DNA of 62,672 bases, the filler included, from Perkinsus olseni (Eukaryota): NCBI GenBank assembly GCA_013115125.1. It is 12 parts of 12 records of this genome, joined end to end, with 100 filler letters (N's around TTAATTAATTAA, not from the genome) between each part and the next. Parts side by side here need not be neighbours in the genome. Positions count along the whole stretch, not along the records: positions 36,821 to 41,942 come from JABANN010001217.1; positions 42,043 to 47,153 come from JABANN010001218.1; positions 47,254 to 52,354 come from JABANN010001219.1; 9 more parts are not named here. The stretch is one strand, 5' to 3'. The notes under the pieces are model-generated. The model did not search any database and was not told the origin of the DNA. It saw nothing but the letters and a program-made list of their open reading frames with translations. Below are positions 36,893-50,300 of the stretch, in pieces (positions within the stretch are counted from its first letter, which is position 1; every line of letters begins with the position of its first letter). The translations under genes and the position numbers were made by a program.

Positions 36893-37667
36893 GAGGTACT
36901 CAGCCCAGGAGCGGAGTAGGACCCAGTTCTTACATTCTGATACTTATCATGCTCTACGACATACCATAGAGGACGATCTTGGATGGCCATTATACACAGC
37001 CAATCAATCAGGAGAGGTCGTCCACTGTTGTCCAATAATCATCACAACCCCCACTGCCATCATCAGGTATATCACACCGAATTCATCAGCGATAATACCC
37101 CGCCATCCCCATCAATAGGGTCTTCTGTACCATCCAGTGATAGGCGTACTATCCCCTCCCATCATCCTCGCTGTGCCGTACTGTTGTAGGTACCGCTATT
37201 GTCTGTATAAAAGCTTCGGATGAGTTACGTTACTACAGAGCATCGATTGGTGGTAGTGTGGTATCGGATAGTGGAGGGCCAGGAGGAGAGATGGGTAATA
37301 CTGATGATCCTGTTGGGGGGGTAGTATTGTCAGTATCATCAGGTGAGTATAAATCAACCAGGGTTATGATAGGGTCGTCGTTGGTGAAGGTTAGACATCT
37401 TATTAGCCTCGGATGGAAGGTGCTACTACTACTACCACTACTGTCATCCGTCGGACCCCTCATGCCCGGTGCCAGGTTGTACCTGTATGGCTGTCTGAAT
37501 GGTCTGATATGAAGTCTGATAAAGACAGGGCTGAGTATATGATACAACAGTCGACCAGAGCGTACGCCCTAGGCCCGACCCCTGATGATGATGGTGTACT
37601 ATCTAATGATACATGCCCACTGCACTGCCTTCATCACCATCAGGTACATGATGAATATTGAAGCCAA

Positions 37668-37703
<36 letters not shown>

Positions 37704-39192
37704 GTGCAGTGATGCCGTTGTTGTGTTCGCGTTGTGTTTCTGTGCTGCTCTACTGAGCTGTTAGTGTTGTTAGTATTACATGGGGGTTGGGGTGGTGGTG
37801 AGGTTAATGGTAGCTCTCATCGTCATGGCCATTAGAAGGAGGGAATCATCACCTACCCTCACCACTACTGATGATGATGATGAATGTAATGTCACACCAT
37901 GGGCTAAGAGACGAAGGAAGGCGGCCACCATCACATCACCACCATCGATAGCATTACTTCAACATCATCAGTTCATGCATGGCAAGGTTAGTGATAATAG
38001 TAGTGATGATGATGATGATGATACCCGATGCGATGATACTCATGTTATCGTATCAACTACTACAACTAGCGATGAGGGTAGCAGTAGGGAGAGTAATGAT
38101 GGTATGCATGATGGGTTGGGCGAGGAGCGGTACTCCGATACCATGGTCATCGCTGCTAAAACAGCCGAGGGGCAGCATACAAGCAGCAGTAGACGGTACT
38201 CTATAGTCCTACCGTCCATTCATGATGACCCACATGAAGAGTGTGTGGTCGAAGCTGAAGTTATACTACCTCATCATCATCCTGCTGCTCTACTACTACC
38301 ACAATATCCCGATCACTGCCCCAGTGAACAGCGGGGCCAACATAGAGGTAGTAGCAACAGTAACGACATTATCATCAGGGTACGTATGCTGTAGTAGCAA
38401 TAAGCATCCTCTGTAATACTCAAGACAACTTGTCCATATCTTCGATTCGTGTCCAATCCTTCAGTGATGATCAGCTATCCCACTCTTGGCTAGGACGTGG
38501 CTAGGACGCTACGCCGGCTACCTTAACAGCCGTAGTACCAACACCTCCGCTAAAACCTGGGAGACAGCAGGATTGATCGTTAATCAGCAGCAGTCCTCAT
38601 CCTCTGCAGGATGATGCTTGCTGCTGGACTTCAACTTATCAAGGGTTCATCATGTCCCTCCCTCTTGAACCATTTTCTATGCTCAACGTTCGGATGTTGT
38701 TGTAGCGGCCGTTGTTGTTGTTGTTGTAGCCCCCCATCGTGACACTCGCTGCATGCTTTACCGACTTTCAGTTGGATACATCGATGATGAAGAGGTGACA
38801 ACGCAAGTTGATATCGATCACGCTGGCGATGATGGTCATAATGATGGTTATGAGTACCACGGAGATGAGGATGATGATGATGATGATGATGATGATACCC
38901 CACCTCTCGTGGTCAATCTACACCTAGTTGCCCACCCCCATCAGAAATATGAGGTAAAGGGCGGAAGGAGTTCGTCGTCTACGCTAGGCATATCTATCAG
39001 ATACGGATATCCCCCAGTGGGGATGTAGAATATACGATTCAGCCGAGACCATTGATGAGTGAATTGAAGGATGTCATGTCAGCAACATTATCACCATCTA
39101 CTTGCTCACCATCATCATGATGTGCAGGTCCACGATCGTTGGTAAGTTGAGATCAATACTCATACCCAATAGGGTATGTGAAAAGGCTGAGC

Positions 39193-39228
<36 letters not shown>

Positions 39229-39415
39229 TTGATAAGAAGGCCTCCTCATCGCTGATGATTGCTGGGGATGGTCACGAGGCTCTACCCGCCGCTATTCTCG
39301 ACAGTCATCATCACCTGCCTGTGAGTGGAGCCTTTTATCATCCATTATTAAAGACACTATCAGGTTGGCATGCCCATAGCATTGGAGTCATTCCATAATA
39401 TCCCCGCGTTGCCGC

Positions 39416-39451
<36 letters not shown>

Positions 39452-39599
39452 TACCACTACCATCACCCTTCACTCATGACAGTAGTAGTGAAGGCAGCAG
39501 CAGCAGCAGCAGCAGCAGTGTTAATGATGATGATGATGACAAGCAATAGTTTTTGTCTAGCATCATGATGATGTTAATGAAGAGTGATTATTCATTATC

Positions 39600-41040
39600 C
39601 CTCACCTTTCGTGTTGGTAAGTTTATGGACTATGATTGGTAGCCTTTGTTGTTTTATGGATACATCTCCCACTGTCCGCAGACAGCAAGGGGAAGAAGAG
39701 GAGAGAAGTAAGCAGCTACCCGGCCATCGGCCCTCTCGTCACGCCACCATCCTCATCAGATGGTGGTGTAGTAAGAAGGGTCATCAGGGCTATATTCACT
39801 CCCTCAGAGGAGGAGAGGTTGAGGATAAGATCCTTGTACCCCGAAGGCCCATCGACTATCATCATCACCTGCTCACATCATCAGGTACCGCACTACCACT
39901 ACTAGTAGGGCATATGCCACCAGGGACAATGGCAGTAACACCCCTATGACACCCCCGATACAGAGTCATCAGCAGCAGGAAAGTGCTGCACCACTACTGG
40001 ATGATGTTGATGATGTTGATCATGACACGCCGCAGCCCCTCCTCCCATCACACTACAAACCTCGATATCTCTACCGCTATATCAATGTATCACACGAGCC
40101 CTCCTCCCCTTCCTCCTTTTCTTGGTAGTAGTAGCATTGTGTGGTATTAGGTATTGAGATGGCTACTATTGTTGGCTGCTGGGTATGCATATAATAGATT
40201 CTTCTGTGAGATGTATAACATCCCTAGGGACTCTGATCGGTAGTAGCAGCATTACCATGGACATTATCATTATCATCATTACTATGATGCCAACAGATAC
40301 ACCTACCTCGGTCACAGTACAAATCTAGCTAATTTGGCAATGTTCGGGATAGTAGGTGTTCGCTGCTGATGATGACCTGCAGCTATCAGTACCAGCAGAT
40401 ACAAGCCTGGTTCGTCGAGGTTATAGATGACCCTAAGAGGTCTAAGTGGATATTCTCCTTCCCGAGATGGTGGTTCTTCATCACGTACGACCATCACCAG
40501 CTGCTACTACTACTGCCATCACCAGCTTACTGCAGGTTCTTTGCTGCATCCACTGTATTTACCCTCCTCGGGATGCTGGACGCATTGAGCCACAACTCGA
40601 TATCACCATCCGGTCACCTGGACAGATGGAATGCTTTCAGCACAGTAACCACAGCTCTATGATTATCATCAATATCGTCTCACCACCATCAGGTTTTAAC
40701 GGTTCTAGCGTCCCTATTGTTGCTACTGATACTGTGGCATGTATGGTATTCAATCAAGGTCTTACCGACCTATCCCGATGCTACTGTCTATATCCTATCA
40801 CGCTTTGGAGTTGTAATAATGATAACACCACCACCACCGCCACCGCCATCACCTCGACTCACACTCGAACCCAGGACAAGGTGTCTTGCTGCTCAGATAT
40901 GCACCTTTGGCGTCACGTTTCTGTTGATACACTTTGATGATGAACACAATCATGATGATGTAGTCTTGACACTTATCATTATCGTCTACCAGTCTAGTAC
41001 CTTCAGAATCCCGTTACATTCCATCTACATCACTACTTCA
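39600..41040 (+). CDS. Hypothetical multi-exon membrane protein (boundaries uncertain)
   Basis: Short coding-like segments with hydrophobic helices (VLRWLLLLAAGYAY; FFAASTVFTLLGMLD) separated by CAT-rich GT-AG introns. Confidence 0.3.
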
Positions 41041-42042
41041 TAGCCTGGTTACTATCCCTCATAGCAGCATTCGACCATCCAATATCCCTCATCATGTTGG
41101 CGATAACCTCGGGGATATTTGTACGCCGCTGGCAGGGCTATCATCATCGAGTCAATACAGCTGCTGCTGATGCTGATGCTGATGCTTCCCAGGTACAAGG
41201 GATTGCAGCATACTCAGCCGCTGGTATATTCTTCCGTCCAAGGAACGGCAATGGTAGCATTGACGATACTAACTTTCTCTTCTGATAATGATGATATAGC
41301 ACGATCGTCATCTCTGTCATCTTTAAAGAGTCGGCCGTGCCAAGTGGTGTTAGTGTAGTTATTGGGCCCTCCCCACCATACTTGTTCTACTTCTCACCAA
41401 TACCTGCAGTTGTAAACTCCCGTAACCTGTGGCCATCCATCCATCCACATCATCATGATCAACCTTATAACGCTTGAGAAGAAGAAATTCCGACTTAGGA
41501 CCCGATGCTTGAAACCTCGCTGTGATCACCGATAAGCTAAGAGATCACCTTAGTAAAGATGAGCCCAGGACTTCAGGTAGGAAAACTAGTGGGTGTTATA
41601 TGACAGAAGGTCCTACAGATGTATCGCGGACATGAAGGAGATTTTGCCGTGGCGACTCCCAATCAGCATGCTGAGGCATGCTGGCAGTTACCCGGGTAAC
41701 TGACTGTTCCAAAGAGAACGGCGCGGAATGGTTCCGCTCTAGACTGTCCTCCAGCATCGCCTACGCAGTGTGGTACCATGGACGATCTGGCACAGCAACA
41801 AGTTGGACGACGCCTTGCGACCTTATCTCATCTACCAATCGTAGCAATCGTAGGAGTATCGGCGTCGTCTGATGAGACCGAAGACAGTCTCATAGATGAG
41901 CCGCTTCCCTCTCGTGTTGGGATGCGCATCTCTGTCGCTACTNNNNNNNNNNNNNNNNNNNNNNNNNNNNNNNNNNNNNNNNNNNNTTAATTAATTAANN
42001 NNNNNNNNNNNNNNNNNNNNNNNNNNNNNNNNNNNNNNNNNN

Positions 42043-42659
42043 AGTAGAGCTGCTTTCTCCGCGCGCCTTGGAATGTACACTCACCCTCGACCAGTATAAA
42101 GTGGTCCACCAAGTGGGCAAGTAGCTGTCGACGAAGCTGCCACATGCGTTGCTCTCCATTGTAAAGGAAGGCATCGATGACCCGCGTGCGGTGACGGAAC
42201 ATGATCTCTGAGCATTCGAACTCATGGAGATTCCTCGCCATCTTTCAACTCACCTTCATCGCCTGCTGAGCGAATCTTCTCTACAGCCGTGTTGACCACT
42301 TTATCGGTCATTTCCTCGATACCTCTTCTCACAACCGCTTGGATCTCGGGCCGTTTTCTCACCCAGAAGTTACCCAGCCTCTCCTCGACGAAAGTTCTGA
42401 CCCAGGTAGCGTTGGCCGAATCATAGGTCGGAGCTGGTGAGTGGCGGCGGAAGGTCGGGTCAGCTTGCCGTTCTACAGCTAGTGCGGTTGAATTGCTGTC
42501 AAGAGCATCTAGCCTAGACGCCAGCTCAGCCACAGTTTCCTTTAGAAGGAGGAGATCGGCGGTTCGATGGTCGATGACTTGATGGTATAACCAGAAGTAT
42601 ATCAGAGCAGAGAGAGTGGCGATGAGCAGAATGTTGAGAAGATACTTCGCATTGGGCAT
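42043..42659 (-). CDS. Glycosyltransferase family 17 (GnT-III/MGAT3-like), 5' part, truncated by contig end
   Basis: Type II membrane anchor (YLLNILLIATLSALIYFWLY), stem, ~45-nt intron, then RVIDAFLYNGE...VDHFILVEGECTFQG typical of the GT17 N-terminus. Confidence 0.8.
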
Positions 42660-42957
42660 TCGATGAGGCAACTGAGGTTCTCCCACGGCTGAGTCGCGAG
42701 GACTGCCCCTTTGGACCCAGCATCCTTAGTCCACGCAAGAGTTTGCTAGCAGCAGTGTTTCCTTCCGTTACATAAGCAGCTGAGACACTCGATAAAGCTG
42801 AGTCTTGTGCACATTCTGAAGAAGACATCTTGTGCCGATTCCCAATCTAATAGACAGAAAGTGTCCATCGGATGGGATACTATCTCGATTCTCAAGACAA
42901 CCCCCAGGGCAGGAAGTCGTACTACACTCAACGACCTGTCGGTGCCTAACACGTCAT

Positions 42958-44400
42958 TCAACAACATACAATGCGACCTTTACGACGAAGCTCATCTACA
43001 AGGAGCTGTCCGTCTTTGGAAGCCGTCAAAAAGTCTAATAAATTGCCAATGACTCTCTCGTCTTGCTCTTTCTTCAACCTCAACATAGCCAGTCTGTACC
43101 GCAACGAAGTAGCTTTTTTGCGGAGCTCGTGGACGTCCTCCTCGGTATCAAGATTTGTCTGGCTGTTGCTGGATCTTCTTCTGTACTTGAAGAAGTGGTC
43201 ATGACCTAAGAAGCTCCTGCGCGGTACATCTGTCAGCTTCGCCTTCTCCATGCTGCTTATGATCGCCCTTTCTCTCTTCTCAGCTGCACCATCATCATTC
43301 TGCTTGGCGACCATTCTCTCGGATTTGGTTTCAAGCCCATCGGCCGGTGGAGCTTGTTTGACGGTGGTTGCCTCACTCTGAGGCTGCTGCAGGGGTTGCA
43401 AGGGAGGGGCCCCAAGCAAGGAGGGCCGCTTAGTGACGACAGGCTTCCAAGTGTTGAAGAGAGGCTGGCCAGGCCCCTGCAAGAGGGCGGGCACTTGAGG
43501 AGAGAACATAATATGAACTTCGTCAATGCTTGCATCAAATCAGTCAGAACCGAGCCAACCTCCTCCAACAGAACAGGCGAGTTGAGGTTGAGAAACACTT
43601 GGGCGGTGCTACCGCGGTAACACGATTATTCAACATCAAGACCAAGTTCATTGAAGACATCTTCTTTCGACAGACTCATCAGCTCTCCAACCCTTGACAC
43701 AATCGACATGCACTGAGATGAGCAACGGTAGCGTCATAAAAAGCAGTAGCTGGGCCGCATCCAGTACCAGCCTTCTCCGCTTCGCCAGGGTGTTGTGCAA
43801 GTCACCGTATCTAAAAAAGCGACCAGGAGCTGTCCTCCAATGGAAAGGGCGTGGATCGCCTCCAAAAGCTAAGATATCACGGATGACTTCGTCTGTGCTT
43901 CGGCGAGTTTTTGCCCGAGATCTGACACTCCAGCCTTCTCTCGTTCTTTCCTGATGACGTCCACTCTCTCCTCCAGCTCCCGTACCTACTCCAACGCCAC
44001 TTTTCATAGTTACTTCTCAAGTATCTTACACGCTTCCTGCTGCTCGCTACTTTGCCTTCCAGCTCGCCCTGACTACGGAGCTGACTGATCTCCGCGGTGA
44101 CTAAGCAGTGCCCCGTCATGGAGTCCGCCCGACAGGCCTCACCCTTGCCGAGGGCTGCCCGTACAGAGGGCAGCTTCTTTTCGACCTCCGCGACGTCGGC
44201 GTTCAACTGCAACACACTCTCGGGCGAACAATCACCAAACAGGCTCTGATTGCACAGGAACACCTTCTGAGCACCGTATCTATAACACAGTAAGAACGAA
44301 GAAATAGAGAAATGCAAAGATGAGACCCCTATCGCCTGCGGCTGCTGCCATTTTCCGCGCGACGTACTGCGACCAATTTCGTGGCGCAGTGACACTTCTT
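42958..44400 (-). CDS. Hypothetical coiled-coil/low-complexity protein segments
   Basis: 183-aa and 172-aa minus-strand ORFs with charged heptad-like runs; no family recognised. Confidence 0.3.
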
Positions 44401-44948
44401 TCCTACTCTTTCATGACAAGGGGAGGCTCTCCCTCCGAGCCTGGCTCTTTTGACAGTTTTTCCATCAGATTCTGGACCTGAGCCTTCGGCACAACACCAT
44501 GAAGGTTGTCGAAGACGTTCTGAGCACTGTATGGCCGGTTCTGTTCTTTCATGTATCTAACCTCGGGAGATCATTTCCTCACACCGGACGCACCTCCTCA
44601 CGTCGCGATCTTCGTCTCAGCTTCTCGCCCTTGAGCTTTCGAACCCTCAGTGGAGCCCTTCGACTTCGGAGCAGCCTTCCTGAACCGACCGCAGGCCTCA
44701 TTGTGACAACGCCACCCTACTTTTTCGGCTTCCCTTTGGCCTTGACGGTTTTTTTAGTCGATGTCGGCACTACGCACATCTTTTCCTGTCAACTAACGTC
44801 GTGCATCAGAGCTGTGACGAACGCAACATCCTCGGGAGATGAGAAAAAACAATTCCCATCGCGATACATCCCGACCTGCCGCTTTGCACGGAAGCCACCC
44901 CCGCGCTGACCAAATCATGATAAGCTCACGATGACACAGTGAATGAGT

Positions 44949-46504
44949 TCACTCGGCAGCGCCCTCTCCCAACTCAAGTGCTTCAGGCGTTGTCGGCTCG
45001 GAGTCGATGGCTTTGTGAGGCGACTTCGACTGCAGGTAGGTGTAGGTAAGAAAACCGAGGACGCTGATACTGTAACCGATGAATTGTAGAGTGGATACTT
45101 TCTCTTGAAGCAGCAGGACGGATACCACTACGGGGAGGTTATTGCGGAAGATTCCGAGGAGCTTCATTGCTAGACCAGATGTGCAGTTGATGACGGCAAG
45201 AGTGAGGAGATTGACGGCCACGCCGAGAAGGCATGATACTGAAAAGGACAAAAATTGGGGTTTTCGACTGACTGCCTCTCCGGATTTTCAAGGATCGTCT
45301 TTGAGTCGCTAAGTTCAATCCTGGGAGCGCTCTTGCAATTCCGATCCGAATTTTCAACAGCGGAGGGAAGCCAAAGGGAACTCACGTGAAAGAAGCGCTA
45401 TAGTGAATGGTGGTTGATATGATACTGAGGGTAATGCTGCTGGTTCGAGGAGGAGGCCAAGACAGGCCTGGCAGAAGGCTGTGGCCATAGACATGTGGAG
45501 AAGGGAGTCGAAGGGAGAGAGTTTGTCGTCTGAGGGGACGGATCAGTCCAGATACAACGACACGTCCGAGCTGATGGTAACACCCAATGTCGATAAGGTT
45601 CTCAGTATACCGAGAATTTCAAGTTCTCGGAGTGAATTTCATTTCCACTCATTCTCATTTCCGCGAGTGGAAATGGAGTGTCTCCTTCTATGAATGGAAT
45701 GAAGGCTCTATGTGCGTTGCCAGTTCATTTCCGTCTACACGTCTTTCCCGAGGTACTGAGGCCCTGTTCGAATTGACGGGGAACCGCGGCGCCGTGAAAT
45801 TGAAGCCTTGACCTACCAGCCATTGAAGTCTGCAAGAGCACCAGCTTAGTCGCCTCTGAGATGTCAGCTGCGGTTTGCAAGGCGAAGCCCGTCCAGGAGA
45901 ACTTGAGTTCGCCTACAGACGCAACACACGTCCCGATGCAGATGAGTATAACGGCGATAACTGAGCCACAAGAAGGTATCTGAGCATTGGGAGAGGTACG
46001 GTTCGACTTCTTTCCAGATAAGTATCTTACACGCACTCGGAAGATTAGCATAACGATGAGGATATAAACAGGAGTCTCTGCTTTGAGCATTTGAGTGAAG
46101 GACACCGATAAATAGCGGTAGACGTTGTTGCCTGCTCCACTAGCGATCGCAGTGAGAACCCCGAGAGGGACGATACGCCGTAGCCAATACTTATTCGTTA
46201 CGCTCGTTGGAGTTGAGCAAATACCTGAGTCGGGGTCTACCACCGGTTGATGTTTTGGAGACGTCGCACCCGTCTTGACGGCCATCCTGGTGACGAGAGC
46301 GCACACCCACGTCCCGAGGCTGGACACTGTGATGGGGTAAGGGAAGGCCGTCTTGTTGTAGATGTGCGCGTTCAGCAGTATGAGGGCTGGCCCAGCCAAA
46401 CAGTATAGTGAACAATAGGCGATACAGCGCAGATTGACTGCTACTAGCGATCGCAGGCGGGACCATGCCCTCCGGCGACGGGCATTCAGTGCAGCTAAAT
46501 TCAT
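44949..46504 (-). CDS. TPT / nucleotide-sugar transporter family (DMT, SLC35-like), multi-exon
   Basis: ILLNAHIY..FPYPIT, NNVYRYLSVSFTQMLKAETP, GELKFSWTGF..Q...EATKLVLLQ, AVNLLTLAVINCTSGLAMKLLG..RN, QFIGYSISVLG. Confidence 0.88.
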
Positions 46505-47325
46505 CTGATGAAATCAAGGAGCCCCACCATAGCCTACCGACGGGCTATTGACGACGGTATGCTGATCAACTCAACTATCTTGCCAGAATGCTTAATAGAA
46601 AGACAAAGATGCCGCTGCGGCCACCTCAGTGGCCAACAACAGTGGCCACCTCAGAACAACTGAGTTTGCCGTTAACTGGAAACAGGACTGGTGCCGCCGG
46701 GGCTCAGATGCAAAGAATGCTAGTTAGTCACTTTCCGCGTGCTCAATAGATCTCTCTTGAGTTTCAAGACCGCTCCCGGGAACGTATTTTACACGTTGAA
46801 TTCAATCCTGGGAGCGCTCCTGAAATTCAGGAGCGGCTATTGAACACCCACATTGATTTTCATCCGATGAGCCCTGGCATTCCCTCATCGTCCGTGAGGG
46901 TCCACCGCGACATGTCGAAAATCCGGTGGGGATTTTCTGTGTAACCCAGTTGCACCTGTAAGTATCAGCCTTCCGAAGGCTCTCGGGGGTCGTCGTGGAT
47001 TTGGAGGGAAAAACCATATTTCTAAAGAAAGTAGCCATTTTCTAAAGAAGTTTCGCGCTCGCCCCCTCGCTTAGATTTTCTTCTCCTTCCTCGTTTTGGC
47101 TTGTGTTACGGCTTTGCCTTGGGTAACAGCCTTCACCCGTGATTTCGGCTCTCNNNNNNNNNNNNNNNNNNNNNNNNNNNNNNNNNNNNNNNNNNNNTTA
47201 ATTAATTAANNNNNNNNNNNNNNNNNNNNNNNNNNNNNNNNNNNNNNNNNNNNATACTAGCGCTAGCTGTGCAGCTGGTGTCCCAAAGCTGCCCCTTTGT
47301 GTCGAATGTCCCCACACGGCCGGCT

Positions 47326-50300
47326 TTACCGACGGTATGTGACTTCGTCCATACCTCCAGAGGATGCTGGCAGTTCCACCTCCCGACGGTGGGTGCTGGG
47401 GACGCTGCGGGCCGCGCGTCCAGCGTAAAGATCACTGAGTTCGTTGAACCGGTGTCCGACATGGCCCTTCACCCACCATAGGTAGGCTTGGTAGCCATCC
47501 GTGCCTTGGCCTATCCATCGTCGGATAAGGCCCGCCACTTCTCGGGTCAACTCAGTAGAAGCCCTGTCGCTATCGCGAAGGACGTTAGCTACCGATCTTA
47601 TTGCTGCTTGTGAGTCGCAGCAAAGATACGCAGTCTTGCGCGGATCACCTTGCATCCTTAGCTCCAGCGCCCACGACATGGCAGCCCATAGCCCCACGGC
47701 TTCACATTGCAGAATATTGGCATGAGGGCCTGTGTTGTAACAACGCCCCTCGTGCCCCGACTGGTGCCCGGATACAAGTCTGACGACTCCAGTGCCCGTT
47801 TTTGCCACGACGTTGCCCCGGTCAACGACGGAGCCGTCGCTGTAGAAGTAGTGCGCTGAATTATTCGGCCTCGGCGGCATACCAGAGGTCATTTCACAAT
47901 GCCAACCATGCAGTGGTTGGGCTTTGTGTGGATCATCCACGATGCGTGGTACCTCACGCCCCGAGCAGTCCTCTATTCCCCACTTGGAGAGCGTTGCCCG
48001 GATCCTCGTGGATAGGGCTCCCTGCGATCGGTGGAGGTGGTAATCAGCATATCGTACTCTAGCTTGCAGCCAAAGAGGCTCCGTTATCATAGCAAAGCAT
48101 CGCGATGCGAAAAGAGTCGGTGTAGATCTGCACAGCCCACACACTGATCGGAAGAATACCGCTTCTAGGCGAGAGCATCGCTTCCTGAACCATTCGTAGG
48201 AAGCGACCCCGCCCCAGAGTTCAATTCCGTATAACAGTATTGGCACCACGTGCGTCCGCCAAGCGCATAGTGCCACACCGGGCGATACGCCCCAGGATCT
48301 TCCAGACAGTCGCCGGATTATGGCTAGAGCTCGGAGAGCTTTGCCGAAAGCATAGTCCACATGGGTGCTCCAGCTCAGCGATGGCGTGAGCCAGAATCCC
48401 AACCATTTGATGTTACCTTTGATGCTGTCACTGACGAACTGAGTGTCCTGACCCTCAAGTTCGTCCTTGAGCAGCTCGGCTGTTAGGCTGCAGTCGGTCA
48501 GCGCCTCCGTTTTCTGTCTGTCAATCGACAGGTCCGCGTCTTCCGTCCATGCCGACAGGGTATCAACAGCCTGTCTGACACCCTCGGAGAGTCCGAGCAG
48601 GCCGAGTGCGACGATACGTATACAGAAATCATCAGCGTATATCGCGACCCGGATCGAGAAAGGCCCTCTGAGCTCACCGATTCTCTTTCCGACTCGCCAC
48701 GTCGATGCACAAAAGCAAACAGGCGAGATGATCCCACCTTGGGGGATTCCTGCCGCTCGATAGGTTTTTAGGCCGTCAAGGTGCACGTCTCCACCGTGTA
48801 AATACGACTCTATCAAAGCTCCCCACTGAGGGATCCCGGTGATCGCGGTGATCTCCGTTACAATGTAGCTGTGAGCGATCTTGTCGAAAGCCGAGGCGAC
48901 GTCGAAAGTGACGGTGATGGCGCGAGCCTCCCTATCCTGTTGCTGCTGGTGGTCGATTATCGACTGGACTGCAGTGACAGTGCTGCGGTGTGGGACGTAT
49001 CCATGGACGCATTCAGGGGGTATCCCTAGAGCCGACAGGAGTCTGCGCTTGAGCAGGAGCTCAAAATATTTGCCCAGGCAAGACCCCAGGGCCACGGGGC
49101 CGTTGGCTTTAAACAGTAGGCAAAGGTCGGACCGCTTGTAAATGGTAGGGTAATAAGTGAGCCTGAGGATCGAGTTGAAAACGTCCCCGATGGCGTCGCG
49201 GAACCAGGGTACTTTCTGGCACGCATACCTCACATGCTCGTAGAAGATACCGTCATGGCCGCAAGACTTCCGAGTCTTGAGGCTGCGTCCAGCAGTCTCG
49301 ACTTCCTCATCCGTCAGCGGACCTCCCAAGGCTGCCAAGTTCCCACTGTAGTCACCAGAAAGGTGGTTAAACCTCCCATGACCGAGTGCCGGGGGCTGCT
49401 GCCTTAGGCCGAAGAAATGGTCGAGGATCTCAGCTTTGTCGTACGTGGCCGTGGCCGGAGTACGTGTTTTGAATCGTCTGTGGACCCCTGTTTCGTCCAT
49501 GGAGCTGAGTTCTCTCCCCAGGCGGTCCAGTTTAGCTTGCTTGATGCCGTTGAAATACGCTCGTTTTGTGCGGCGTACAGCTTCCCTCCCATCGGTGGAG
49601 TCAGCCCCTGTTGAGCGATGGCGATTGGTGGAACGAACCAGCTTCCGGGCCCTATTGTACTCGCGCCGGAGTCCATCCAGATTCTTATTCCACCAGACAG
49701 GCTTCTTCAAGCCGGCGGATTGGTCTCTGCGAGTCGCCAGCGGGGTGGACCGTTTGATTGCGTTGGTCAGTCTATCAGAGATGGCAGATGCCATCTCGTC
49801 TAGTTCTGCTGTTGTGCTCGCCAACCCGAGCTTGATGGGAGCTCTACTCAGAGTTTCTGAGAAAGTTTCCCAATTAGTACGGGAAGGGTACCTCTTGGGA
49901 GAAGATGCCGGCTTAGAGGCGAGCTTTCGGTTGCTACACGGTAGTGTAACCCTGAGGCAGACATGGTCCCCACACGTCGGAGCAAAACCAAAGCAGCAGT
50001 CTGGAGCCCGTTTACAGGCCAAGAGGTCGATGTACGATGCTCCGAGAGAGCTGGTGTAAGTTGGGACGGGAGGCTTAAACACCTCAAAGCCTTCTTGCAG
50101 AATAAACTCCTCAAAAGGGCGTCCTCGGGCGACCCGGATGTCGTTCGTAGGGAGGGAGCGGGCCGACCAGAGATATGAGTGGGAGTTTGTATCCCCGCCG
50201 ACCACAGTCACGCAGTTGCCGCCGCTCAGTTCAGCGAGATGCCTGCAGACGATATTACTATCCTGCAGCTTATCTGCGTAGAAAGAGATAAGGCGTAGTG

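Noticed and set aside
36769-37035. Poly-Q protein
   Set aside because: Translation of a (TGT)n microsatellite running into the linker; coding status unsupported
47028-47046. GTAGCCATTTT as a relict spliced leader
   Set aside because: Only 11 nt match, no GGCTCAAG, and it is part of a short local duplication
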